Positions 48,267 to 58,482 of a stretch of DNA of 64,000 nt are shown here, piece after piece. A program made the translations under genes and the position numbers. Origin of the DNA: Candidatus Yanofskybacteria bacterium RIFCSPHIGHO2_01_FULL_43_32. Lineage in GTDB: Bacteria; Patescibacteriota; Minisyncoccia; 2-02-FULL-40-12; GWA2-44-9. Numbering within the stretch: position 1 is the stretch's first letter; each line of letters begins with the position of its first letter. The notes under the pieces were generated by a model. It saw only the letters and a list, made by a program, of their open reading frames with translations, was not told the origin of the DNA and searched no databases. Location of the stretch: the NCBI GenBank assembly GCA_001794125.1, contig MGJF01000002.1, positions 37,751-101,750 of the forward strand, in the 5' to 3' direction.

Positions 48267-50996
48267 ATGCCATTTTTATCTAAGATATTCGGGGACGCAA
48301 ATGCCCGTTATATTAAGTCATTACAACCCACAGTTGACCGCATAAACTTACTCGAAAAGAACTTTGAGAAACTTTCGGACACACAATTAAAGGAAAAGAC
48401 CTCTGAATTCAGACAACGGCTCAACGGCTCACCGGGTGAGCCGTTGGACGATATTTTACCTGAAGCCTTTGCCGCGGTCAGGGAGGCGTCAAAACGCACA
48501 TTGGGCCAGCGTCATTTTGATGTTCAGCTGATGGGCGGGATAGCTCTGCACCGCGGGAATATCTCTGAAATGAAAACCGGAGAAGGCAAAACATTGGTCG
48601 CCACATTGGCCGCATATTTGAACGCCATTACCGGCGCCGGTGTACATGTTGTTACCGTGAACGATTATCTGTCAAGGCGCGATGCGGTTTGGATGGGACA
48701 GATTTACAATGCTCTCGGTTTGACCACGGGCTGCATCAATCACGAAGCGAGTTATTTGTACGATTTTTCTCATACCGACAAGAGCGAAGATAAAGAACGC
48801 GACACCGAAGGAAGCTTTAAAATTGTCCATGAATTTTTAAAACCGGTCACAAGACGGGAGGCATACTTGGCCGATATTACTTACGGCACGAATAATGAAT
48901 TTGGTTTTGATTATCTCCGCGACAATATGGCATATGAAGAAGCGCAGATGGCCCAGGCCAAAGGCCACAACTTCGCAATTGTTGACGAGGTGGACTCTAT
49001 TTTAATAGACGAGGCCAGAACGCCTTTGATAATTTCCGCGCCGGTTGAGGATTCCGGGAAATTATATGAAACATTTTCAAAAATCGTCCCGCGTCTTGTA
49101 GAAAACGAGGATTATAACGTAGATGAAAAATTAAAAGCTGTTTCAATAACTGAAAAAGGAATAGAAAAAGTTGAAAAGACTTTGGGGCTTACCAATATAT
49201 ATGACGAAGGCGGTACCCGGCACGTTCACCATATGGAGCAGGCCTTGAAAGCCCAGATATTGTTTAAACGCGACCGTGATTATGTCGTGAATCCGTCAGC
49301 TGACGGAGGCGAGGTAATAATTGTGGACGAATTTACAGGGCGCATGATGCCCGGCCGGAGATGGTCCGAAGGTCTGCATCAGGCCGTTGAAGCCAAAGAA
49401 GGTGTAAAAATAGAAAAAGAATCCAAGACATTGGCGACAATTACTTTTCAGAATTATTTCCGTTTGTATAAAAAGCTTTCAGGTATGACCGGAACCGCCC
49501 AATCATCCGCTGAAGAATTTCACAAGGTATATAAATTAAATTCTTTTGTTATTCCGACAAACAAGCCGATGGTCAGAAAGGACTTGCCGGACAGAATTTA
49601 TAAAACAGAAGCCGGTAAATTCAGGGCAATTGTTAGGGAAATAAAAGAAATGCACGAAAAAGGTCAGCCGGTTCTCGTGGGTACGGTTTCAATTGAGAAG
49701 AACGAATTGTTGTCGGCGATGCTTGAAAGAGAAGGTATTTCTCATAATGTTTTGAATGCTAAACAACATGAGAAGGAAGCCGAAATGCATGCTCAAGCCG
49801 GAAGGCAGGGAGCGGTTACGGTGGCTACTAATATGGCAGGAAGAGGCGTGGATATTATTCTCGGTGGAAATCCGCCTTCGGCTGATGAAGCGAGCAAAGC
49901 TCGCGAAGGCGGCGGTTTACATGTTATCGGCACTGAACGCCATGAAGCAAGGCGGATAGACGACCAGTTAAGAGGCCGCGCCGGAAGACAGGGCGACCCC
50001 GGTTCTTCAAGATTTTTTGTTTCAGTAGAGGACGAGCTGGTTAGGATATTTGGAGGAGATAAATTAAAGAATCTTATGGACCGGCTCGGCGTGGGAGAAG
50101 ATGACGTTATAGAGAACAGGTTTGTTTCAAGCGCCATTGCCCAGGCCCAAGCCAGAATCGAAGGCCATAATTTCGATATCAGGAAATATGTTCTGGAATA
50201 CGATGATGTCATGAACAAGCACCGCGAAGCGATATACCGTTTGAGAAAAGAAATTCTGTCATCCGAAAGCGCAAAAGAGATTGTTTTAGATTATCTGCGG
50301 ATTCAAATCAGGAATTTGATAAACTTTCATACCCAAGGGCACTCGGAGTGGTCTCCTGGCCGTGCTTTAGCCGGCCGAGGAACTCTGTCGGACTATAAAT
50401 GGAATACAGAAGAAATAGGGGAATCATTGAAAGCGTTATTGCCTGTCGGCGACGAAATTAGTGCTCAATTAGTTGAAACCGCCAAGACTGGAAACAAAGA
50501 CGAATTAATCGAATTTGTTATCAAAAAATCGGAGGAATTATACGAAATAAGAGAAAAAGAAATGGGCGCGGAATCCGCCGGTTGGCGGATGCGACGCCTG
50601 GAAAAGCTTGTCTTGCTCCGTACGATTGACGAATTGTGGATTGACCATATTGAATCTATGGAATATTTGCGAGATTCGGTGCGCTTGCGGGCTTACGGCC
50701 AGAGAGACCCGTTGGTTGAATATAAGATAGAAGGACAGAATATGTATAATCAGCTGATGATGTCGGTTGGAGCTCAAACGGCTAATCTTATATTTAAAGT
50801 AAGTTTTATGGAACAACCAAAGATGGCCAATATTCAGGAGAAACGGCCGGATATTGTCGGAGATTCACATAAACATCAAGAAATAACAAACGAACCGGCG
50901 CATCGAAACACGGAATCATCGGAATCTAAACTCGGCCGCAACGATCCCTGCTGGTGCGGGTCAAAAAAGAAATATAAGAAGTGCCATGGGAAATAA
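48267..50996 (+). CDS. secA: Preprotein translocase subunit SecA
   Basis: [36 protein letters not shown]; C-terminal [22 protein letters not shown]. Confidence 0.98.
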   Translation: MPFLSKIFGDANARYIKSLQPTVDRINLLEKNFEKLSDTQLKEKTSEFRQRLNGSPGEPLDDILPEAFAAVREASKRTLGQRHFDVQLMGGIALHRGNISEMKTGEGKTLVATLAAYLNAITGAGVHVVTVNDYLSRRDAVWMGQIYNALGLTTGCINHEASYLYDFSHTDKSEDKERDTEGSFKIVHEFLKPVTRREAYLADITYGTNNEFGFDYLRDNMAYEEAQMAQAKGHNFAIVDEVDSILIDEARTPLIISAPVEDSGKLYETFSKIVPRLVENEDYNVDEKLKAVSITEKGIEKVEKTLGLTNIYDEGGTRHVHHMEQALKAQILFKRDRDYVVNPSADGGEVIIVDEFTGRMMPGRRWSEGLHQAVEAKEGVKIEKESKTLATITFQNYFRLYKKLSGMTGTAQSSAEEFHKVYKLNSFVIPTNKPMVRKDLPDRIYKTEAGKFRAIVREIKEMHEKGQPVLVGTVSIEKNELLSAMLEREGISHNVLNAKQHEKEAEMHAQAGRQGAVTVATNMAGRGVDIILGGNPPSADEASKAREGGGLHVIGTERHEARRIDDQLRGRAGRQGDPGSSRFFVSVEDELVRIFGGDKLKNLMDRLGVGEDDVIENRFVSSAIAQAQARIEGHNFDIRKYVLEYDDVMNKHREAIYRLRKEILSSESAKEIVLDYLRIQIRNLINFHTQGHSEWSPGRALAGRGTLSDYKWNTEEIGESLKALLPVGDEISAQLVETAKTGNKDELIEFVIKKSEELYEIREKEMGAESAGWRMRRLEKLVLLRTIDELWIDHIESMEYLRDSVRLRAYGQRDPLVEYKIEGQNMYNQLMMSVGAQTANLIFKVSFMEQPKMANIQEKRPDIVGDSHKHQEITNEPAHRNTESSESKLGRNDPCWCGSKKKYKKCHGK
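48422..48446. repeat. In-frame palindrome in secA
   Basis: caacggctcacc-g-ggtgagccgttg, encodes NGSPGEPL. Confidence 0.7.
49292..49307. repeat. In-frame perfect 16-bp palindrome in secA
   Basis: tccgtcagctgacgga, encodes PSADG. Confidence 0.75.
50344..50387. repeat. In-frame imperfect hairpin in secA
   Basis: cggagt..tcctggccg-tgctttagc-cggccgagga..actctg, encodes [14 protein letters not shown]. Confidence 0.6.
50573..50590. repeat. In-frame palindrome in secA
   Basis: atccgcc-ggtt-ggcggat, encodes SAGWR. Confidence 0.7.
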
Positions 50997-52005
50997 ACGA
51001 CAAATTATAGTTGCAGTATCAGGCGCGTTTGACCCGATTCATATCGGGCATATTCGGTTGATCAAAGAAGCCAAAAGATTAGGCGATAAGTTGGTGGTTA
51101 TTTTGAACAACGACAACTGGCTGTTAAATAAAAAGACCCAAGTTTTTATACACCAAAATGAACGCAAGGAGATATTGGAAGCGATTAAAGAAGTTGGCGA
51201 GGTGATTATCAGCAGTCATTCCGCAAATCCCAAAGACATGAGTGTTTCCAGAGAACTGTTTAAGATCAAGCCAGACATTTTTGTTAAAGGAGGCGATCGA
51301 AAAAGCAAGAAGGATATTCCCGAAGCCGAAGCGTGCAAAAAAATAGGATGCAGAATTGTTTTTAATATCGGCCATGGCGGAAATTTTAAATACAGCTCAT
51401 GGCTTTTGGCGAATTACATCAGGAGCTTAAACCGCATTAAACAAATTGATGTAAACAAAACCACGGCTAAAATAAGACAAGTCTTTAAGAAATCTAAAAC
51501 CCCGGTTTCTTTAAACATTAAATCGGCATTAAGCGAGATTATTTTGAACGTCATGAACCGGCGCCGGGCTTTCGGTTTGTTCGTTATTTTGGGCTGGCAC
51601 AATAAGTGGAATAATTTTACGGATGTTCCCGACAGCAGTCAGGATATTTATAAAAAACACCATGTAAATTTGAAGGACCTCATTAAAGAAGGCAAGCATT
51701 ACAAAATTGAATCTACCCTTGATTTTGACGGGGCAATTTTAATTGATAAAAACGGCAACATTTTAGATTCGGGAATTATCATTGAAGGTTTGCGGCCCAA
51801 AGTGATTGCCGATAAAATTAACCCCGGCAAATTTAAAGACCTTTCCCAGCAATTCGGGTTTAAGGGCAAGGTCCATTCGCGCCACCTATCGGCGATTGCC
51901 GCCTCATATATTTTCAAAGGAACAACGGTATTTACCGTTTCTGAAGAGAATGATTCTTTTCACATTTTCGAGAACGGTAAAATAGCTTACCAATACGGCA
52001 AATAA
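50986..52005 (+). CDS. HIGH-family cytidylyl/adenylyltransferase fused to a diadenylate cyclase (DisA_N/DAC)-like domain
   Basis: N-terminal [21 protein letters not shown]; C-terminal [19 protein letters not shown]. Confidence 0.75.
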   Translation: MGNKRQIIVAVSGAFDPIHIGHIRLIKEAKRLGDKLVVILNNDNWLLNKKTQVFIHQNERKEILEAIKEVGEVIISSHSANPKDMSVSRELFKIKPDIFVKGGDRKSKKDIPEAEACKKIGCRIVFNIGHGGNFKYSSWLLANYIRSLNRIKQIDVNKTTAKIRQVFKKSKTPVSLNIKSALSEIILNVMNRRRAFGLFVILGWHNKWNNFTDVPDSSQDIYKKHHVNLKDLIKEGKHYKIESTLDFDGAILIDKNGNILDSGIIIEGLRPKVIADKINPGKFKDLSQQFGFKGKVHSRHLSAIAASYIFKGTTVFTVSEENDSFHIFENGKIAYQYGK

Positions 52006-53598
52006 CTAAATACCCGGCACAAGCGTAGACCCGGTCATCTCTTTCGGTTTTTCCAGCCCGAACAGGTCAAGCACCGAAGGGGCGATATCGAGCAGTGTTC
52101 CTATCGGCTTTTCTGTGGCGAGAGATTCAAGCGACTTGCCGCTGCCGTTGGCGCCCAGAAATCTTTGAGCGACGAATACGACCGGTACCGGATGCGTGGA
52201 ATGCTGGGTGTCCTCGCCTCCGGTCATCGGATCAATTAATTCTTCGGCGTTTCCGTGGTCGGCGGTGATGACCACGGCGTTATCGGGGTCTTTAACAATC
52301 GTTTCGACTATCTGTCTGATAGAGTCGTCAAGAATCTTGAGCCCCTTTACCGTCGCTTCCGTATCTCCTGTGTGGGCAATAATATCGGCATTGGCAAAAT
52401 TTATAACGAACAATTTTTTATCCTCTTCTGCCCGCGCCAGAACTTCCCGGACAATCCCGGCGGCGGACATCTCCGGATGTTCCATGTAGTTACTGCCGGT
52501 CATCTTTCTTGATTCGACTATGACCCGTTCCTCGCCTTCGTACGGGCCTATCTTTCCGCCGTTGAAGAAGTTGGAGACATGGGCTTCTTTTTCTTTTTCG
52601 GCTATCCTGTATTGCTTCCAGTCCTGTTTGCTTATCACCTCGCCGAGAATATTGGGCGTTTCAAGCGGTTCATAGGCAACGCTAACATTAAAGTCGTCGG
52701 AGTAGCGCGTCATAGTGGCTACGAAAAGATTTTGCGGCACGTTTTTTCTTTTGAATCCGGAGAAGTCCGGAGAAACGAACGAAGATACGATCTGCTTCAT
52801 TCTGTCGTTTCGGAAATTAAAGAAAACGAGCGCGTCATTGCTTCCGATGGTTGCCACCGGCCGGACTGCATCATTTTTTGTATCCACTATCACCGCCGGC
52901 TCTATTTCGTGGTCGGAAATATTTTTTGCATAATTTTGCCGGAAATAATCTTCGGGATCGGTGACAGGGGATCCTTCGCCGTCAACCATGGCGCACCAGG
53001 CCTTTTCGGTCAGCGGCCAGTTCAGGAGCCGGTCCATTCCATATACGCGTCCGATCACGGAGGCAATGCGGCCTCCGGTATCGGCTATGACATTTTTAAC
53101 TTTTGCCAAACTGATTATACCGTCTCTCGGTCCGCTGTCCTGTCCGTCGGTTATCATGTGCACGAAAATTTCTTTGAAGTTTTCTGCGGCGGCAAAACGG
53201 AGAAGCGCGAACAGGTGGTCTTCGTGGGAGTGAATGCCGCCCGGGCTTACGCATCCGATTAAGTGGAGCTTGGATCTGTTTTTCAAGCAATGCTCGACGG
53301 CGGCTTTAAAAAACGGATGTTTGAAGAACTGGCCGCTTGCGATGTTCTGATTTATTCTCGCCCAGTCCTGAACGATAATCCGTCCGGAGCCGATGGCGGA
53401 ATGGCCGACTTCGCTGTTGCCGTATTTGCCCCAAGGAAGACCGACGATAAGTCCGGAGGATACGACGGAATACGAAGGATACCCGGCCGTAAGGCTGTTT
53501 AAATATTTCATTTCCGCAGTTGTAACGGCGTTGCCCGGTCCGGAGAGATCCAATCCGAATCCGTCTAAAATTATTAGGAATACTTTTTTGAAACTCAT
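52006..53598 (-). CDS. gpmI: 2,3-bisphosphoglycerate-independent phosphoglycerate mutase
   Basis: ILDGFG, GNSEVGH, GIHSH, NFRNDR, AHTG, TADHGNAE. Confidence 0.92.
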   Translation of the reverse strand: MSFKKVFLIILDGFGLDLSGPGNAVTTAEMKYLNSLTAGYPSYSVVSSGLIVGLPWGKYGNSEVGHSAIGSGRIIVQDWARINQNIASGQFFKHPFFKAAVEHCLKNRSKLHLIGCVSPGGIHSHEDHLFALLRFAAAENFKEIFVHMITDGQDSGPRDGIISLAKVKNVIADTGGRIASVIGRVYGMDRLLNWPLTEKAWCAMVDGEGSPVTDPEDYFRQNYAKNISDHEIEPAVIVDTKNDAVRPVATIGSNDALVFFNFRNDRMKQIVSSFVSPDFSGFKRKNVPQNLFVATMTRYSDDFNVSVAYEPLETPNILGEVISKQDWKQYRIAEKEKEAHVSNFFNGGKIGPYEGEERVIVESRKMTGSNYMEHPEMSAAGIVREVLARAEEDKKLFVINFANADIIAHTGDTEATVKGLKILDDSIRQIVETIVKDPDNAVVITADHGNAEELIDPMTGGEDTQHSTHPVPVVFVAQRFLGANGSGKSLESLATEKPIGTLLDIAPSVLDLFGLEKPKEMTGSTLVPGI

Positions 53599-53828
53599 AT
53601 TATTTGTCGTTCGTGTTTATTTTAACACGCAGAGCTTTGTTTTAAAATGACCAGACGACTTGTAGTCACAGGATTTTGTTTCAAATTTCTTAATAATTCT
53701 ACATAAAGGTTCATAAAAAAGAGTAGTTTGCGGTTCTTTGGATTTGAACCGATTCTTGCGTTTTTTCAATCTCAACTTATTACTTTCAGCTTCGGTACGG
53801 AGCATGGTATAATAAAAAGTGAGGTATA

Positions 53829-56222
53829 ATGCCCAAAAACTATCAACCGAATTTTTTAAAGGAGAACGATAAAAACAAAGGCGCTCTAATTAAAAAGGCG
53901 GGCCGTTATCTTATAATTCTGTTGGCGGTTTTATCAATGCTGTCTTTTGTTGCCGTGGCCGGTTCGCTTACTCCTTCCGCTTCGCCTGCCAGCACGATGA
54001 AGACATTGCAGGAGATATACGATTCCATCGCCGGAACATTTGATTCATCTTCCATTACCGCAAGCCAGAACGGTTCTCTCATCCAGGGTTTAAAATATAT
54101 TTCCAATAATCTTTTCTGGGCCTCTTCATCCGACGATATTTACAACATCAACACGGGCAACGTCGGCATCGGGACGACTTCGCCCGATTCTGTTTTGGAA
54201 GTTGCTTCCGCATCGGCTAAATTCATCCTCCGCTCTACCGGCTCCGCCGCATCCGTTTCCATTGACTTCCAGCCTGCCGGAGGAGCGTCATCCAGCAACC
54301 AAAGCAAATTTACCATCAGAGCAGGAGGCTTGGCTTCAACTCTGGGCGAGCGTCTGGAATTTCTTAACGGCAATATGACCAGCTTGATGACCATTGCAAG
54401 CTCCGGCAATATTGGTATCGGGACAACGGCGCCCGCCTCGCTTCTTACCGTTCAGGGCCGGGGAGAATTCTATGGCACGGCTTCGGCTTCTTATCTCCTG
54501 ACCGGCAACACTCTTCAAGTAGGAGGCTATTCATCTGCCGCATACTCAAGATTCGGGATAGGCGCAACAAGTGAATCTCATTACATCGCCGGGGCAAATG
54601 ACCTTTTTGTCACCGAAGACTTTGAAGTTGATGGCTCCGTCTCATTTGCCGGACCGGCATCAATATCCAATACGCTTTATGTATCCACGCTTGGGAAAAC
54701 AGGCAACGTCGGAATCGGTGTATCAAACCCAACAGCGTTGCTGACACTCAAGTCGACCGGAGCTCTCGGCTGGGACGACAGCTCGGGAACGGCGGATGTG
54801 AAATTGGTGCGTGACGGGTCTAAGCAACTGGCAATGCGAAACGGCACAAACGACCAGCAGTTCAGCGTTTATGGTACGTATACCAGCGGTACAAACTATC
54901 GCCGTTTGCGCATAAACGTAGCTAGTACGAATGTGAATATTTATTCGGAGTCTGCAACTCAAAGCGCGGCGGATATGAACATCGGCACCTTAGGCAGTTC
55001 TGTGTTGCAGTTTGTCACCAATAGCAGCAACCGATGGCATATAGATGCGAGTGGCAACTTTGAGGCAAGTACGGATAACAGCGTGGATATCGGCGCCAAT
55101 CAAGCCAACCGTCCAAAAACCGGCTATTTTGGCACGTCGCTCGGTGTCGTTTCCGGAGGCACCCTCAATACCACTTTTGAGGTCGGGGGTACCGCATCTG
55201 TATCGGGCAATGCATTCTTTGCAAGCAATGCTTCAATATCCGGGGCGCTGGAAATTGTAACCTTGAACCCGGCGGCAGCCACTCATGTCTGCCGGGATGC
55301 CGGAAATGTTTTATCAACCTGTTCCTCGGCTGCAGAATGGGCGCCGGCTTTGCCTGATAATGATATTGAAGAAGGAGATATTGTGTCAATTGACTTTGAG
55401 ACTCCTAATCCTTATGGCGACGAGCACAGCCCGTTTGTTATCAAAAAATCATCGACTTCTTACGAAGGAGGAATAATCGGCTATGTTACCGACTCTAAAT
55501 TAGGCGGTGACGGGCCTAAATTAAACGATAATTACCGTCCGGTGGCAGTAGTGGGTTATTGGCCGGTCAAAGTCAATTTAGAAAACGGCCCCATCAAAAG
55601 GGGCGACCATATCACCTCTTCTGCTACGCCTGGTGTAGGCATGAAAGCGACAACACCGGGGATGATTGTGGGCATTGCCTTGGATGAGGCGAATAATATG
55701 CCTGACGGCGCTTCGTTTGTAAAGATAAGGATATTTACCAATCTAAGCTATTGGGCACCCAGCGTGGATTCGATTCTGGATTCTGCTTCTGTTGACCCGG
55801 CGTTTGCGCTCCAAACGACAACCGGCAGCCGCTTCACCCTTTTAATGCTTTTTGGCTTCATTCTTGAACAACTCAAGCAAGTCGGAGTCATAATCCACGA
55901 TGGTCTTGTCCAGGCCAACATTATCAAAGCCAACCAGCAATTCTGCGTCGGCAACGCCTGTGTTACGGAGGACCAATTCAAACAGCTTCTTGAAAATGCC
56001 GGACTGATGCAAACAAATTCTCCGTTACCGGAGCCGATCCCTTCGCCCTCGGCAACACCAACCCCTGAAGCTATGCCGGAAGCGACTCCAGAGGAAACTC
56101 CAACCCCGACTTCTGAACCGGCTTCGGAAGAGACGCCTGTTCCCGTCCCTGAACCCGTTTCTGAACCAACTCCCGAACCAACTCCCGAACCAACTCCAGC
56201 CCCGGATTCATCCGGCCAATAA
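53829..56222 (+). CDS. Large exported fibre/adhesin-like protein
   Basis: N-terminal TM/signal; three GN[VI]GIG repeats; GPIKRGDHITSSATPGVGMKA chaperone-like segment; FCVGNACVTEDQ; Pro/Glu-rich tail. Confidence 0.65.
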   Translation: MPKNYQPNFLKENDKNKGALIKKAGRYLIILLAVLSMLSFVAVAGSLTPSASPASTMKTLQEIYDSIAGTFDSSSITASQNGSLIQGLKYISNNLFWASSSDDIYNINTGNVGIGTTSPDSVLEVASASAKFILRSTGSAASVSIDFQPAGGASSSNQSKFTIRAGGLASTLGERLEFLNGNMTSLMTIASSGNIGIGTTAPASLLTVQGRGEFYGTASASYLLTGNTLQVGGYSSAAYSRFGIGATSESHYIAGANDLFVTEDFEVDGSVSFAGPASISNTLYVSTLGKTGNVGIGVSNPTALLTLKSTGALGWDDSSGTADVKLVRDGSKQLAMRNGTNDQQFSVYGTYTSGTNYRRLRINVASTNVNIYSESATQSAADMNIGTLGSSVLQFVTNSSNRWHIDASGNFEASTDNSVDIGANQANRPKTGYFGTSLGVVSGGTLNTTFEVGGTASVSGNAFFASNASISGALEIVTLNPAAATHVCRDAGNVLSTCSSAAEWAPALPDNDIEEGDIVSIDFETPNPYGDEHSPFVIKKSSTSYEGGIIGYVTDSKLGGDGPKLNDNYRPVAVVGYWPVKVNLENGPIKRGDHITSSATPGVGMKATTPGMIVGIALDEANNMPDGASFVKIRIFTNLSYWAPSVDSILDSASVDPAFALQTTTGSRFTLLMLFGFILEQLKQVGVIIHDGLVQANIIKANQQFCVGNACVTEDQFKQLLENAGLMQTNSPLPEPIPSPSATPTPEAMPEATPEETPTPTSEPASEETPVPVPEPVSEPTPEPTPEPTPAPDSSGQ
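56163..56197 (+). repeat. 12-bp tandem repeat x3 (EPTP)
   Basis: gaaccaactccc repeated three times. Confidence 0.85.
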
Positions 56223-56225
56223 TCC

Positions 56226-56507
56226 ATGGTTAATTTCCAAACCGGCAAAATAAAGAAAATAGGAAGAGAGGCGCTGATAATTATTATCGGCATCTTTGCC
56301 GTCATATATATAATAAGAACAGTCCAGGCCGGAAGCCTGACTCCGTCGGCGTCTCCGGCTTCAACCCTGAAAACTTTGCAGGAAGTTTATGATCCTTTGG
56401 TTGGCACATCTCACGATTCTTCTTCAGTCGTTGCAGGCCAGAATGGAGATGCCCTGCAGATAATGAAATGCATAATAAGCAAACTAAATACCGGATCGTG
56501 TCCATAG
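56226..56507 (+). CDS. Small exported protein made of the same N-terminal module as the upstream fibre protein
   Basis: TM helix followed by AGSLTPSASPASTLKTLQEVYD. Confidence 0.7.
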   Translation: MVNFQTGKIKKIGREALIIIIGIFAVIYIIRTVQAGSLTPSASPASTLKTLQEVYDPLVGTSHDSSSVVAGQNGDALQIMKCIISKLNTGSCP

Positions 56508-58306
56508 TTGCTCTTCAGCGAGCGATTCTTCTGGCGGCTGTCGCGGCGTATCTTGCGACGCCTTTTGGCGCCGGAGCCTCATCCGAAGACGGCACAATAA
56601 ATTCAACGTTTAAATATGCCTGGGGAGAAAACATCGGCTGGATAAATTTCGGTACATCCGAGGGCAATGTTCATATAACCGATTCAGGGATGACCGGCTA
56701 TGCCTGGGGAGAGAATGTCGGCTGGATATCGCTTAACTGTTCCAATACAAGTTCGTGCGGCACGGTGGACTATGGCGTTTCAAATGACAGTCACGGAAAT
56801 CTTACCGGCTATGCCTGGGGCGAGAATACAGGCTGGATATCATTTGATAATGTATTTAGCAGTGTGAATATAAGCCAGACCGGGGTGTTCAGCGCTTATG
56901 CCTGGGGCGAGAATACAGGCTGGATATCATTTAACTGTTCCAATACAAGTTCGTGCGGCACGGTGGACTATGGACTCAAGACAGATTATATCCCCAGCCC
57001 GTCAGGGGGGGGAGGATTTGGTGATCCGCCATCTCCGAGCAGTACGCCGGCTCCTTCACCGACACCAGAAGAATCTCCGACCCCAAGTCCGTCGGTCTCA
57101 CCCAGTCCGGAAATAACTCCTGAACCATCAGCAGAGCCATCCGTCACGCCGCCTCCGGCCATGCCGGAAGCTCCGCCTCCCGATCAAGCCCCTCCGGCTC
57201 CGCCTACTTCTTCCGGTCCGCCATTCATATCGGTGCCGGGAATCGGCGTCTTGCCTCAAGGAGTGCAGGATGTGATAAACCAAACAGTGTTGAATGTTGT
57301 TGAGGCTGTCCAGACAGTCACTAAAGTGACCGTAGAGGTAGCCAAGGTTGTTGCCCCGGTTGTTGAAAAATCGGCGGAACCAGTCACTCAAGTTACGACT
57401 GCCACGACGGGAGTCTCAAGCGCGGTAGCGGTTGCGCCTATGGCCAACTCGGCCAGTAACGCCGGCAATATACTTGAATTCTTACGCCAGAATCTCTGGG
57501 TGGCGGTGGGTCTTAAACGCAGAAGAAAACCATGGGGCACCGTTTATAACGGGAAAACGAAACAGCCGATACCTTTTGCTAAAGTTGAACTTTTAAACCC
57601 AAGTTCCCGTCTTTTGGAATCCCAGGTCACCGATATGAACGGGCGCTATGGTTTTTTGGTCACCCCCGAGTCCACGGAACAAAAAGTCGTTGAGATCCAA
57701 ATCCAGGCCCGTAAAGAAGAATACGTTTTCCCGGCGCAAGGCATTATTCCGCCTAACGATACGATGCTATACGGCAATGTTTATGTCGGCGGCATTGCCA
57801 AAGTTGATGTTGAAGCTCTGGCGGGTTTTGATATTCCGATGAGCAAGCTTACGCCAGACAAATTATTGGATACGGCCGTTAAAAAACCGCTTGCCAAGCT
57901 CAACAACAGCATTACGATCCTGTTAAATTTCGGTTTTTATTTGGGATTGGTCATGGCGCCTCTGTCTTATATTCTGACTCCGAGCAATTTTAATCTGGCT
58001 ATACTGGCGGGTTTCTTTGTTGTAAACATCCCCCGATTCGCCGGCTTGACTCAAAGGCAATTTGGTATGGTGGTAGATTCTTCTACAAGCGTTCCGATAC
58101 CCTTTGCCTTGATAACTCTGAACGACCGCGAAGGGAAGCGGGTCGGATTTACGGTATCCGATGAGAGGGGCCGTTATTTCCTGCTCGTGCCTAAAGGACA
58201 CTATTCAATCCTGGCTTATACGCCGGCGACAATAATTCCGACCAGGACTTTCAGTCGGGAATTTAAAACCAGAAAAGGCTGGATAAAAGAAGAGCTCCGG
58301 TTATAA
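56468..58306 (+). CDS. Membrane-anchored surface protein with YAWGENxGWI repeats, Pro-rich linker and two carboxypeptidase-regulatory-like domains
   Basis: Four YAWGENxGWI repeats, Pro/Ser/Thr linker, PIPFA...TDMNGRYGF and PIPFA...SDERGRYF, two TM helices; start uncertain. Confidence 0.7.
   Translation: MHNKQTKYRIVSIVALQRAILLAAVAAYLATPFGAGASSEDGTINSTFKYAWGENIGWINFGTSEGNVHITDSGMTGYAWGENVGWISLNCSNTSSCGTVDYGVSNDSHGNLTGYAWGENTGWISFDNVFSSVNISQTGVFSAYAWGENTGWISFNCSNTSSCGTVDYGLKTDYIPSPSGGGGFGDPPSPSSTPAPSPTPEESPTPSPSVSPSPEITPEPSAEPSVTPPPAMPEAPPPDQAPPAPPTSSGPPFISVPGIGVLPQGVQDVINQTVLNVVEAVQTVTKVTVEVAKVVAPVVEKSAEPVTQVTTATTGVSSAVAVAPMANSASNAGNILEFLRQNLWVAVGLKRRRKPWGTVYNGKTKQPIPFAKVELLNPSSRLLESQVTDMNGRYGFLVTPESTEQKVVEIQIQARKEEYVFPAQGIIPPNDTMLYGNVYVGGIAKVDVEALAGFDIPMSKLTPDKLLDTAVKKPLAKLNNSITILLNFGFYLGLVMAPLSYILTPSNFNLAILAGFFVVNIPRFAGLTQRQFGMVVDSSTSVPIPFALITLNDREGKRVGFTVSDERGRYFLLVPKGHYSILAYTPATIIPTRTFSREFKTRKGWIKEELRL
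56733..56973 (+). repeat. Identical intragenic DNA repeats
   Basis: 43 bp at 56733-56775 equals 56931-56973; 36 bp at 56810-56845 equals 56897-56932. Confidence 0.85.
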
Positions 58307-58339
58307 TTGGTTTGTATAATCGATAACTTTAATTTTTCA

Positions 58340-58387
58340 GCGCCTGAAAAGGCGTTTTTAATTTGACTGTTTAACTTTTTGTTGTAG
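58340..58387 (+). repeat. Terminator-promoter module, copy 1 of a direct repeat
   Basis: gcgcct-gaaa-aggcgttttt then aatttgactgtttaactttttgttgtag. Confidence 0.8.
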
Positions 58388-58482
58388 TTAAGAAAATTTT
58401 TACTTAAAATAAGTACTTGACTTGTCGTAAAATTTAGGTATTCTAAGATTCAGCAATTTACCAATTAAAACCGGAGCTGTGA

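Noticed and set aside
49871-49892. Possible fifth palindromic insert in secA ([10 protein letters not shown])
   Set aside because: Pairing is weak and this SecA region is naturally variable in length
52196-53650. Several plus-strand ORFs up to 227 aa
   Set aside because: Antisense to gpmI in GC-richer DNA with few stops
53617-53805. 62-aa minus-strand ORF upstream of gpmI
   Set aside because: Short, no motif, and overlaps the likely divergent promoter region; cannot be supported
55748-56305. 185-aa minus-strand Gly/Val/Ser-rich ORF
   Set aside because: Mirror of the Pro/Thr/Glu-rich tail encoded on the plus strand
53829-58306. Prophage
   Set aside because: Only fibre-like motifs in proteins with signal/TM segments; no capsid, terminase, portal or integrase
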